64,000 nucleotides of DNA, taken from the NCBI GenBank assembly GCA_035510735.1, contig DATKGN010000013.1, positions 596-64,595 on the forward strand. The letters are read 5' to 3'. This DNA is from Patescibacteria group bacterium. GTDB taxonomy: Bacteria; Patescibacteriota; Microgenomatia; UBA10105; UBA927. Shown in pieces: positions 38,975-48,699 of the stretch. How positions within the stretch are numbered: position 1 is the first letter of the stretch; the number at the start of each line of letters is the position of its first letter. The notes under the pieces were generated by a model that did not search any database, was not told the DNA's origin, and saw nothing but the letters and a program-made list of their open reading frames with translations. Both the position numbers and the translations under genes were made by a program.

Positions 38975-40662
38975 AATGACTTCGTCCTGTTGTTGCGGAT
39001 ATACTCACGGATTTGGGGGCTTATGTCAAGAAGCAACCGGTCGTTGGATTTGTAATAGAACGCAACAATCTGATTTTCGGATAACTTAGGATTCTGTTTA
39101 AATAAATTCAAGAGATCATTTTTATCCCAGTAATACCCAAATCCTTTCCCTTTTACTTCACGATATCCCTGATCCCGTATTTCCCACAAAAAGTCGTTCT
39201 GAAAAAACTCTCTTGGAACAACCCCCGTCGGGTAATACCAGATCATCAACGTATACCCCGGTCCTTGTTCGAGAGGGACTTTCACATTCGTCAATCCGTA
39301 ATATCCATTGCTATCGCCTGTGATATACACGATCGGCTTATTGGGAAGCGTCGGATACAGGTAGGTAAATTGCTTAAGCAATTGTACTCTTTCCGCCGAA
39401 ACGCTCGCCAGTTGAGCAACGTTGCGCCGTATGAGACGAACGTTAACAAATATATAGAAACACAAAATAATTCCCATTGAAAAAAGAGCATATCGATAAA
39501 TCTTAGAATATTTCTTCAGCCTATCTGCAATGCCGGTAAGTACCGCGCTAAGCAACAATGCCCCTCCCGCGCTGCCAAGATAAAAATATCGAGAATCCAG
39601 ATACGCGCCACCTCTGCGAAGAATAATATAGGGTAAGAAACTAAGACCAATGAATATCAATGCGTACAAAATAATTTTACCAACCCTCTTAACCATGTAC
39701 GCAACGACCACAGACACAACTATAACGATAAGAGAAAAATACAAGGAAAGTACATCAGCGGTCATATTATCCCTGATCGATGAAGCCATAAAATTCCCAT
39801 TAATAAATGGATACATCGCTGACTGGAACAATGTTGCAAATTTGTAGAGGTAGACATCCGGAATGAATATTTGGGAAATTGATACAACAGGATAAAATAA
39901 CGCGTTGAACAGTATCTTTTCCTTCATGAACGGAGTATTTGCCTCGAAAGCTGCAGAGTTGGCCGGTATCCGTAGATAGTTAACTAGAACCACAGATAAA
40001 CAGAACACTAAATAGACCCCAATGGGCCAAAATATTTTAAAGATTTTCATGATGGTCACCTTATTTTTAGATAAATTAATAAAGAGTAAGGGAAGTATGA
40101 CAAACACAATCACTCCACTCTCTTTAAATAGGTAGGCTACAACCGCAGAAACCTGGGACAGAATTAAATAATGCCGCTTATTCGATTCCATAAACTGCAG
40201 CAGAAGAAGAATCGATACGAAAACAAACGTTGCCGAGGGCAGCGTCGTAGTATTGGCAGCAAACCACGTGACTGCCTGAATCGGTGTATACAGGCATATA
40301 AATATAATTGATGCGAGATATGACAACATAGTATTTTTACTTAGTTTTTGGACTACGAAATAGAGCAACAACGCATTGAAAAAATTAACAACGATGGAAA
40401 ATAAGGCGAAAGGAAAACCCTGATACGTAAAATACCGATAAAATATGAAATTAAAGATCGATCCGAGTATCCTCCCAGATCCGGCTAGAATACTTATGAT
40501 AGAAAACTTGCCGAGAAACCTTGTGCTTCCGTATGCAATAACATCTCCAACCCCAACCCATTCGTCCTGTTGATAAAATAAATGGAAAAGCCTGCTATAA
40601 ATAAACCCAGAAAGAAATATCAAAAGTAGTATTATAATTATCCACTTAAATGATTTCATCAT
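38971..40662 (-). CDS. GT-C-like polytopic membrane protein (paralog set A)
   Basis: FYQQDEW, FKE, DSRYFY, LPNKPI, VPLEQGPGY. Confidence 0.7.
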   Translation of the reverse strand: MMKSFKWIIIILLLIFLSGFIYSRLFHLFYQQDEWVGVGDVIAYGSTRFLGKFSIISILAGSGRILGSIFNFIFYRYFTYQGFPFALFSIVVNFFNALLLYFVVQKLSKNTMLSYLASIIFICLYTPIQAVTWFAANTTTLPSATFVFVSILLLLQFMESNKRHYLILSQVSAVVAYLFKESGVIVFVILPLLFINLSKNKVTIMKIFKIFWPIGVYLVFCLSVVLVNYLRIPANSAAFEANTPFMKEKILFNALFYPVVSISQIFIPDVYLYKFATLFQSAMYPFINGNFMASSIRDNMTADVLSLYFSLIVIVVSVVVAYMVKRVGKIILYALIFIGLSFLPYIILRRGGAYLDSRYFYLGSAGGALLLSAVLTGIADRLKKYSKIYRYALFSMGIILCFYIFVNVRLIRRNVAQLASVSAERVQLLKQFTYLYPTLPNKPIVYITGDSNGYYGLTNVKVPLEQGPGYTLMIWYYPTGVVPREFFQNDFLWEIRDQGYREVKGKGFGYYWDKNDLLNLFKQNPKLSENQIVAFYYKSNDRLLLDISPQIREYIRNNRTKSL

Positions 40663-41774
40663 AAAAATTTCGACTCTAACATTCTATAAATGTATGAATA
40701 ATCGGAAAATGTTTTCGCGTTCTTTCGCATTACCTTCAAAACTTTCATATTTTTATTCAATAGTAATATCTTCTTCGCAATGTCATTAGGATCCGGTTTA
40801 ACGATAAACCCGACATTTTTTTGACGAATATCGTCTGCAGTCGAACACGCATTCGTCATAATAACAGGTATTCCGCAGGCAAGATACTCCCTTGTTTTCA
40901 TTGAATCACCCCACCATGTCCATGGCGATGCGCCTTTATAAATCGACAGTCCGACAAGGCTTCTGGATATCACCTTCATGACGTCCTTATGGAGCATCGC
41001 ACCAGCAAAGTGGACGTACTTATCCAACCCCAATGCTTTAACATCAGCGCGTAATTCATTTTCGTCCTTTCCGGATCCGATGATCGCCAGATTCATTTTA
41101 CTATTCTTCTTAGTTACAAATGACATCGCCCGGATTGTTGCGTCAAAATCAATATTTTCCTTCGATAAAGTAGAAACCAATATAACAGAATTATTATCCT
41201 TTCGTGTATTGAGATTGTGTAGTCTCATGAGAGGTATATTGGGAACAAAATAATTTCGGTTCTCACTTACTCCCTGACTTTTTCTTAGTTTCACCATACG
41301 AGAGGACACATTCCATACCTCATCGCAATATCGAAGGCAGGTTCGATCGATTGCATGATAAATGGAATTTGTTATAGGATTCTGAAATCTCTGCAGGGCG
41401 TAGTCAGCAGTATAAAAAATAACTATTTTCGTTAACCCTAACCGTCGCAGCAGTATTCCGTATAATGCGTTAAGCGGATCGACTCCAATAAAATAGTCCG
41501 GTATAGTTCGTGTATTTCTTAGAGAACGATAGGTAATAATAAAGTCCTGAAATACCCGAATTACTAATGGCAATCTGCTAAATCCGAGGATTTTTACATG
41601 TTGTGATTTGCCGTCAAAATATTCAATTCTTGAACGGGATCCGAAATAGAGCGGATGTTTTATAAACATAAACAGCCGCTTATGCTGTTCCATAAACGAA
41701 GCCAGAATCTCTCCCGTACCGTGACCGGGCTTACCATCGGAAGAATATTGGATATGGCTTGCAATGACTAACAT
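40659..41774 (-). CDS. GT4 glycosyltransferase
   Basis: IIGSG, DSMKTREYLACGIPVI. Similar to the plus-strand GT4 at 30509. Confidence 0.82.
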   Translation of the reverse strand: MLVIASHIQYSSDGKPGHGTGEILASFMEQHKRLFMFIKHPLYFGSRSRIEYFDGKSQHVKILGFSRLPLVIRVFQDFIITYRSLRNTRTIPDYFIGVDPLNALYGILLRRLGLTKIVIFYTADYALQRFQNPITNSIYHAIDRTCLRYCDEVWNVSSRMVKLRKSQGVSENRNYFVPNIPLMRLHNLNTRKDNNSVILVSTLSKENIDFDATIRAMSFVTKKNSKMNLAIIGSGKDENELRADVKALGLDKYVHFAGAMLHKDVMKVISRSLVGLSIYKGASPWTWWGDSMKTREYLACGIPVIMTNACSTADDIRQKNVGFIVKPDPNDIAKKILLLNKNMKVLKVMRKNAKTFSDYSYIYRMLESKFL

Positions 41775-41775
41775 A

Positions 41776-42567
41776 TTATTTTGTCAGTGAGATATGAAAC
41801 CGAGTGGCGAAACGCTCATCTGGGTAAATATCGATAACGTAACCGATAAGATTCGTCACGGGAAAAATAATCAGTGAAGAAACTGTATAAAGGGGCTTTA
41901 CGACAATATTTGCTTCGACAATTCTACGGATGAGCCATTGATTAATGATCGAAGCAACGGTAGTCCCCCCGGTATTCACATATATGTCAATTTTATTAAA
42001 TCGCAGAGTCTTTTTTATATGATAAAAAAAACCAAAAGAATACCTAAAGTAATCCATTGTATGATCCGGTTCACCTCCGTGCATTCGATAAAGATAGGGT
42101 ACGGATATCACTGCTTTACCACCATTTTTTAAAACTCTCTTAGCTTCTGAAAAATATTGAACGGGGTCGGCTACATGTTCAAGCACCTCATAGCTTATAT
42201 GATAATCGAACGTGCTTGATTTAAACGGAAGCTGCAACGCGTCACATGTTTTATCCAAAGTAATTCTTTTTTGCCGGTCAATCAAGATTCCTAAGTAGGG
42301 AAAACGGGTCAGGAACGTATCCAGCTTACCAAATTCACCGTCCCACGTCGTGTGATCAGTGGCTATATATTTAACAATTTTCTTATATTTAGCGATCGCT
42401 TCAAGTTTTCGTTTCCCGTTTCCGGCGCCGACTTCAAGAACAACACCGTGTATTCCCTTCAATATATGATCGTTCGCTTGCCTCATTTTCAGGTCATGCA
42501 GCCAATGCGGATAAAACGGCGTCAGGAGTAGCGCGGAAAATATACTCATATTAGGTATAGAGCTCAT
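41776..42567 (-). CDS. Class I SAM-dependent methyltransferase
   Basis: VLEVGAGNG, YEVLEH, VP..H..P...DYFRY. Confidence 0.87.
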   Translation of the reverse strand: MSSIPNMSIFSALLLTPFYPHWLHDLKMRQANDHILKGIHGVVLEVGAGNGKRKLEAIAKYKKIVKYIATDHTTWDGEFGKLDTFLTRFPYLGILIDRQKRITLDKTCDALQLPFKSSTFDYHISYEVLEHVADPVQYFSEAKRVLKNGGKAVISVPYLYRMHGGEPDHTMDYFRYSFGFFYHIKKTLRFNKIDIYVNTGGTTVASIINQWLIRRIVEANIVVKPLYTVSSLIIFPVTNLIGYVIDIYPDERFATRFHISLTK

Positions 42568-43366
42568 CTAATACTTGAGGAATGCGGTCTTTGAAGGAAA
42601 TACCCAAATTCTTCCTCATCTCTGACGTATTAAGGAGCAAATTATCTTCTGAACCTATAGCCGTATTGAATACGAGGGATGAGGTTCGATGTGATTTAAA
42701 AGCTTTTGCTAATTCGAGAATCGAATACGATTTCGCGGAAGCGATATTAAAAATGTTGCTTTTATCATATGTAATACACCGGATTATCGCTTCACATGCA
42801 TCATGTACTTCCAAAAAATCTCTTTTTTGTTTACCCGAGCCGTTAACCGTAATGGTTCCGGATTCCGTTTGCTGTTTAAACTCATAAAAAACTCCCTTAT
42901 TTGAGTCTTTCCCGTATATGTTTGGAAAACGTAAGATGATCGACTGAATATTACATGTGCCTCGGTAATACTCCACGACCGATTCTGCAATTTTCTTAGA
43001 CAATCCGTACGCGCTTATTGGCCGTAATACATCATCTTCTTTAGACAATCTGTTTGTACGGTTACCATAAACTGCACCTGATGATGAAAAGATAACTTTG
43101 TTTAACGAATATTGCGTGCCTATTGCAAGCATTGTCTGAAGGGTTTGTACATTAACGGAAAAAGCTTCTTTTCTATCATTCGTAAATTTGCCGATAAGGA
43201 AGATTAATACACTGGGCTTTTGTACTTTAAAGAATGATGTTACGTCTTTTTCACGTAACGCATTCCCGGTAAACGAAACGTAGGCGATATTCCGATCGTC
43301 AAGCAAACGACAAAGATGAGAACCTATAAATCCTTTCGACCCAGCCACTCCAACTATTGCATTCAT
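42551..43366 (-). CDS. NAD-dependent epimerase/dehydratase (possible 4-keto sugar reductase)
   Basis: GSKGFIG, SSGAVYG, YGLSK, LRFPNIYG, RDF. Confidence 0.83.
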   Translation of the reverse strand: MNAIVGVAGSKGFIGSHLCRLLDDRNIAYVSFTGNALREKDVTSFFKVQKPSVLIFLIGKFTNDRKEAFSVNVQTLQTMLAIGTQYSLNKVIFSSSGAVYGNRTNRLSKEDDVLRPISAYGLSKKIAESVVEYYRGTCNIQSIILRFPNIYGKDSNKGVFYEFKQQTESGTITVNGSGKQKRDFLEVHDACEAIIRCITYDKSNIFNIASAKSYSILELAKAFKSHRTSSLVFNTAIGSEDNLLLNTSEMRKNLGISFKDRIPQVLDELYT

Positions 43367-43372
43367 AGATGA

Positions 43373-44404
43373 TCACTGAAAAAGCCATGATTCTTTTTTC
43401 AATAACTTTTCAAAGTCGTAATTATTAAGTCGTGTCGTGGTTTTTGATGAAAATTCATCTCCAACAAATTTTTTGTTTTTCCCATAAAAACGCAACAATT
43501 CTTTTTTGTTTAATTGCGGAAGAAGAACATAACATTTTTCTGAAAAAACGTAGGCACTATCCGACTCATTTTTGGAAATTAAAACTTCGTGTTTCTTTTC
43601 TCCCGGACGACCGCCAATAACTTTTATCCGGCTGCCTTTATTGCCGAACAGTTTGATCATCACGGAAGCGATCGTCTCTATGGTTGCCGCCGGCATGTTC
43701 ATAACAAACGTTTCTCCGCCGACTGATTGCTCTATCGAAGTAAAAATCAATCCTATCGCTTCTTTCGTATTCATAAGAAATCTGGTCATCGTTGGATCCG
43801 TAATAGTGATTTCATTGTGCAGTTGAAGTTGTTTTTTAAATAGCGGAATAACACTTCCGTTTGTCCCCAAAACATTACCACCCCGTATACAAATAAATTT
43901 TGTTTTATGACTATTTATATGTGAATAATTAACGTTTGCATTAATCATGAGTTTTTCACCACACGCTTTCGTTATCCCGTAAATATTGAGAGGTTCGACG
44001 GCTTTATCCGTAGATACGTCAATCACTTTTTCAATTTTATTCTCTATTGCAGTTTCAATGACGTTTTGCGCACCATAGATATTGGTTAAAACGGCTTCCC
44101 ATGGGTTGTTTTCACATACCGGGACATGTTTGAGAGCAGCAAGGTGAAAGAGCACGTGAGACCCTAACATAGATAACCGGAGGATATTTTTATCGCGGAC
44201 ATCACCGATGATAAATTTGATTTTTGGACTATTTTGAAACTCTTCCTTCATCTCCACCTGTTTATGTTCCCCTCTTGAGTATATCCGTACCTCTTTCACT
44301 TTTGGGTAACGGTCAATGATTTGCCTGACAAGTTCATGACCCCAGGATCCGGTTCCACCGGTAACAAATACCACTTTTCCATCGAGCGAATATGTTTGTT
44401 TCAT
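43373..44404 (-). CDS. UDP-GlcNAc 4,6-dehydratase (PseB/FnlA/CapD family)
   Basis: TGGTGSWG, GDVRD, AALKHVP, STDKA, YGITK, GNVLGTNGSV, MTRF, RPGEK.HE. Confidence 0.9.
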   Translation of the reverse strand: MKQTYSLDGKVVFVTGGTGSWGHELVRQIIDRYPKVKEVRIYSRGEHKQVEMKEEFQNSPKIKFIIGDVRDKNILRLSMLGSHVLFHLAALKHVPVCENNPWEAVLTNIYGAQNVIETAIENKIEKVIDVSTDKAVEPLNIYGITKACGEKLMINANVNYSHINSHKTKFICIRGGNVLGTNGSVIPLFKKQLQLHNEITITDPTMTRFLMNTKEAIGLIFTSIEQSVGGETFVMNMPAATIETIASVMIKLFGNKGSRIKVIGGRPGEKKHEVLISKNESDSAYVFSEKCYVLLPQLNKKELLRFYGKNKKFVGDEFSSKTTTRLNNYDFEKLLKKESWLFQ

Positions 44405-44405
44405 G

Positions 44406-45425
44406 TTAAATATATGTAATAAATTCCCTCAAAAATATCGCTAAGCCGATATTACGCCATATTATATGCCAAAACACGCGATCATTCACACTGCGAATTG
44501 TCGTCTGTATATATTTTCTTTTCCGTAACGTACTGCTCATATTCCTGATATTCCATAAAATAGCTTTCACTATACTCCATGATGTTTTATATCGGCTGGT
44601 CACTAACAATGCAAAAGTCACACCTACACAAAAAAATAAATGCACCGGTAATATGAGCATCAAATGATATAAACCGACATTTTTGCAATATGAATTAATT
44701 CTGTTTTTAAATGAATGATACTGAACAAAAGCATTGTTCATGCCGCTACTCGTTGCCCCCATTTTATGATAGACAACCGATTTATATGCATAGACAATTC
44801 GGTGCCCAGAGAGCCAAACGCGGTGGCACATATCGGTTTCTTCAAAATAAGCAAAATAATCGGGATCAAGAATCCACCCGTCAACTTCAATCTTCTGTAA
44901 CACGTCCTTCTTAAATATCATACAGGCGCCCTTGGCGGTATACAGATCTATTTGTTTATTGTATTTCGGACTATCTTTTTGACGGAATCCGTAGTGATAG
45001 AGAAAACCGGTCGGTGTTAAGAATGCCCCCACCGAATCAAGACGTGTGTGGTCATCCATAAGGAGCAGCTTGCCCTGAGCGCCGCCAATCGAAGGATCGC
45101 TTTCAAGTACGTTGACGAACTCCTCAAGAAATGTCGGGGTTGTTTCCGTATCGTTATTAAGAAACAAAATATAGTCACCCTTTGCTTGTTTATATCCGAT
45201 GTTATTTGCATGGGAAAACCCGAGGTTCTTTTCATTAACGATGATTTTTGTTTTCGGGTAATGCGCTTTGGTCCACGCAACGGACCTGTCAGTCGACGCA
45301 TTGTCAACGAGAATCCATTGTGTGTTTTTATATGTCTGCCTGGCAAGCGTCGGGAAACAACCTTTGAGCCAATTAAGACCGTTCCAATTGACGATAATGA
45401 TAGAAATGAGCTTCTGTTTCCTCAT
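44406..45425 (-). CDS. GT2 glycosyltransferase
   Basis: VDNASTD, NLGFSHANN, FLNND, YFEETD. Confidence 0.88.
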   Translation of the reverse strand: MRKQKLISIIIVNWNGLNWLKGCFPTLARQTYKNTQWILVDNASTDRSVAWTKAHYPKTKIIVNEKNLGFSHANNIGYKQAKGDYILFLNNDTETTPTFLEEFVNVLESDPSIGGAQGKLLLMDDHTRLDSVGAFLTPTGFLYHYGFRQKDSPKYNKQIDLYTAKGACMIFKKDVLQKIEVDGWILDPDYFAYFEETDMCHRVWLSGHRIVYAYKSVVYHKMGATSSGMNNAFVQYHSFKNRINSYCKNVGLYHLMLILPVHLFFCVGVTFALLVTSRYKTSWSIVKAILWNIRNMSSTLRKRKYIQTTIRSVNDRVFWHIIWRNIGLAIFLREFITYI

Positions 45426-45431
45426 ACCGGT

Positions 45432-45437
45432 ATTTTA
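45432..45437 (-). promoter_or_regulatory. Putative -10 box, leaderless arrangement
   Basis: TAAAAT, 6 nt, ATG (45425). Confidence 0.45.
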
Positions 45438-45439
45438 TG

Positions 45440-46264
45440 TTATACGAGTATAGCAGACACATAGCCACACGCTATGGCGACCATCTCTGACGTCTTCATG
45501 AAGAGCATGCCGAGCCCCACCACGGGGTCTCGGAATAATTTTAATGGATTAGAAAAAAATATGATGTAACGATTGAGTATACTGGCCTGTTTGATAAGAT
45601 ATTGCGAATTTTCTTTTTTGGCTTTATAACGATCCATCTTCTTACCATAATAATATTTTTTCCGCATGGTGCCAATGAGTGATAGCTTGCCTTCATTATG
45701 ACGGATATGTGCGGATACTCTTCCTATTGATTGATCTCCATGCAGCTCTTTAACTCGCTGCGGGAGATCATAATCTTCAGGACCCGTGATTGACTCATCA
45801 TAGCCTTCCAACGCCTCAAATATATCTTTACGGAAAAAACGGGCAGCCTCAATATAATCGACCTTCAGATAGAAACTACGCTCCAGAGCCTTACACGTAG
45901 CCCAGAACCCGACTCCGAATGATTCTTCTGGTATCACCACAGCGAGTTTCCTTTTTTCCTCAGAAATCATAACGCATTCTTTAATAACCCGGGGAGTTAA
46001 TTCCATGTCAGCATCAAGAAACAGAAGATATGTACCCGTTGCTTTACCGGCTCCGAAATTGCGCTGCGCTGACCGCTCGGGCCCTTTATCGAAGAACTTA
46101 GCAGTATACCGTTTCGCTATACTCTTCGTTGCATCGGTCGAATTATTGTCAATGACAATTATTTCGATATCATTATAAGATTGCCGCTTAATACTATTGA
46201 GACATGCTTCAATATTTTTTTCCTCATTCCGGGTCGTAATAATAACCGATACTGCCGTATTCAT
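45440..46264 (-). CDS. GT2 glycosyltransferase
   Basis: IDNNSTD, GPERSAQRN, FLDADM, GPED. ATG at 46264. Confidence 0.88.
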   Translation of the reverse strand: MNTAVSVIITTRNEEKNIEACLNSIKRQSYNDIEIIVIDNNSTDATKSIAKRYTAKFFDKGPERSAQRNFGAGKATGTYLLFLDADMELTPRVIKECVMISEEKRKLAVVIPEESFGVGFWATCKALERSFYLKVDYIEAARFFRKDIFEALEGYDESITGPEDYDLPQRVKELHGDQSIGRVSAHIRHNEGKLSLIGTMRKKYYYGKKMDRYKAKKENSQYLIKQASILNRYIIFFSNPLKLFRDPVVGLGMLFMKTSEMVAIACGYVSAILV

Positions 46265-46268
46265 AATA

Positions 46269-47600
46269 TTATTGCTCTGTATATACAATAATCGTCCAAA
46301 CAGAAAGTAATAGTATAACAAACAATACAAGGATATTAAGGAGCTTCAATATTCGGCTATATTTTATCGACGGGAACACCCCAGATAATGCCCCCAAACC
46401 AACGGTGACAAGATAGGTTCTAAATACCGGATACGAAAAACCCAAGACTCTCCCCCAACTTTCCGCAAACATTGAAAGCCCGGTCACAAGATAAAATAAT
46501 GCTGATACAAAATAATCTTTGTTGAAATAATCAACTAAAAATACCGCTGTCGCAATAATGAGGAATGGATAGAACGGATACCGATACCATCCGTGAAGCG
46601 GCTCGCTTGGAATGGCAAAAATATACAGTGCGCCATATGCCAAAAATCCCATAACTACGGCGACATTCTTCTTTATGTCTTTTATCATCAGAAGTGTAAT
46701 TGCTACCCAACCGAAATATATCCATCCGTCGACCAGTGCGCGATCAACGACAATCGGGTCGCGAAACATAATAAACAAACTGTCAAAGGTTAAATCATAG
46801 CGTGCTAGCTGCAATTTCCAAAGATTCAGAAATAGCGTCTTATCCAATACTAAGCCATAGATAATAAATGATGAGAAACACAACACGGTAACAACGCCGA
46901 CAGTAATCGCTTCTTTCCACTTTTTAGAAAATAGAAATATTCCGATAACAGCAAGGGGAGCCGCCATCCAGGGGACTTTAGCCAAGGGCAGCAAACCGCA
47001 AATGAGAGAAATTGCTGTTAATAGCGTACCTGTGGGACGCTTAAGGTATCGGTCGGTAAAATACAGAGCTAACAGAAAAAACGGGATGAAAAAATTTTCG
47101 TTCTGCACGATCCGCGAACCGATAACAACCGTGGGCACTATAGCATAAAGGAAGCTTGCTAATAATCCAATCGGATTGCCGTACATCGATGATGTAAGAA
47201 GATAGACCCCCAGAATGGCTAACACTCCCAAAACCAGTGCAAGAGGCCTCATCTTGGCAATCGTCACGTCATTAAACGACCGCACCCCATTAAGCATGGC
47301 AAATCCACCAGCCACAAGCCCAAAAAGCGGAGGATGCTCTAAATACGGTGTCACTAACGTAAAATGGGCTCCTTGCGGATTGTAGTACTGGACTTTATGC
47401 GTGTATTCATCGTGCGGTGACCAGGAAGTCGGAATACCCTTCTCCCAAAGACTGACTCCCAGAAACGTCCATGCATACTCATCAAATGTCGCGCCATCCC
47501 GCGGCCATACGGTATAGTTATACGACCGCAGCATAAATCCTAAAAGGATAATACAGATAAGAATAATCTTACTATGTTTCTCAATCAGTTTTCGAATCAT
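46269..47600 (-). CDS. GT-C (ArnT/PMT-like) membrane glycosyltransferase
   Basis: TFDE after TM1, EHPPL, many TMs. Confidence 0.75.
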   Translation of the reverse strand: MIRKLIEKHSKIILICIILLGFMLRSYNYTVWPRDGATFDEYAWTFLGVSLWEKGIPTSWSPHDEYTHKVQYYNPQGAHFTLVTPYLEHPPLFGLVAGGFAMLNGVRSFNDVTIAKMRPLALVLGVLAILGVYLLTSSMYGNPIGLLASFLYAIVPTVVIGSRIVQNENFFIPFFLLALYFTDRYLKRPTGTLLTAISLICGLLPLAKVPWMAAPLAVIGIFLFSKKWKEAITVGVVTVLCFSSFIIYGLVLDKTLFLNLWKLQLARYDLTFDSLFIMFRDPIVVDRALVDGWIYFGWVAITLLMIKDIKKNVAVVMGFLAYGALYIFAIPSEPLHGWYRYPFYPFLIIATAVFLVDYFNKDYFVSALFYLVTGLSMFAESWGRVLGFSYPVFRTYLVTVGLGALSGVFPSIKYSRILKLLNILVLFVILLLSVWTIIVYTEQ

Positions 47601-48693
47601 AAGTAGTTTTTAATAATCGCAAACTCTCCCCTATTGCCGATTGCCACGTCAGACTTCTCACCCATGAGACACATTCTTTTTGCATGCGTTCATATCTCTT
47701 TGAATCTTTTTCCAATACCAAGGCTTCACGTGCCATCTCGAGAGGGGAATTGTATGACAATACAATGCCGGTTTTGCCGTTTTTAACAACGTCCACTAAC
47801 CCTGAGATATTATAGACAATCGACGGAGTCCATTGGCTGGCCGCCTCAAGCACAACCAATCCCCACCCCTCTTTGACGGAACCATGAAGTAAAAGATGCG
47901 CACGTCCCATGAAGTCAAGTTTTTCTTTCTCCGAAACCTTACCTATGAACTTTACCCGCGAATCTATATGGTATTCAGTAAGCATATCCTTGAGTTTTGT
48001 CAGATATTCTTCATCTCCGCCGCCTACAATCCAAAGCTGTGCACCCTCGTTCTCTTTTGCAATGAAAGAAAATGCTTTAATAACCTCCTCTATCCCCTTC
48101 ATCTTGACAACACGGCTCACGAATATGCAGGTAAACCGCTTATCTTTCTTTGGCATTGTTGCGGCAATACTGTTTGTTATCGGACAGGGTATGGCCGTAC
48201 AATGGCTCCTTGGAATACCAAATGATACCAGATCATCAACGGATGATGGTGCATCGGTCCAAAACGGAACCCGCCGGTATATATATAAATATGCCCGCTC
48301 CAAAAGTTTTCCAATCATATTAAATGGAAAACCCACCATGTAATCCCAAATTTCATCGGCTACTTCATGAATAAACGTAACAATCGGTTTTCTGACATAT
48401 AAAGGGGTAAAAAAAGGGATGCCGTGAATCTCATCAACGATAATATCGAATTCATCTTTGTGTGCCAGATAATAAAACGGCGCAGCCAAATATACGCGCA
48501 GAGACCCGGCAGCCCGAACAATCTTTACACCATCAATAATCTCCTCAGAGCGGGCCCCAGCATAGCTTGCCGTAAACCAGGTGACGCTGTGTCCCGCATG
48601 CACCCAACCCTTGGCATGTTCAAGCGTCACTATCTCAGCGCCGCCAGCTTTGGGATGTTTTGTGTCACGCCAATTAAAAAGTAAAATTCTCAT
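47581..48693 (-). CDS. GT4 glycosyltransferase
   Basis: NWRD..HP.AGGAE, EGWGLVVLEA. Confidence 0.9.
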   Translation of the reverse strand: MRILLFNWRDTKHPKAGGAEIVTLEHAKGWVHAGHSVTWFTASYAGARSEEIIDGVKIVRAAGSLRVYLAAPFYYLAHKDEFDIIVDEIHGIPFFTPLYVRKPIVTFIHEVADEIWDYMVGFPFNMIGKLLERAYLYIYRRVPFWTDAPSSVDDLVSFGIPRSHCTAIPCPITNSIAATMPKKDKRFTCIFVSRVVKMKGIEEVIKAFSFIAKENEGAQLWIVGGGDEEYLTKLKDMLTEYHIDSRVKFIGKVSEKEKLDFMGRAHLLLHGSVKEGWGLVVLEAASQWTPSIVYNISGLVDVVKNGKTGIVLSYNSPLEMAREALVLEKDSKRYERMQKECVSWVRSLTWQSAIGESLRLLKTTYDSKTD

Positions 48694-48699
48694 CTTACA

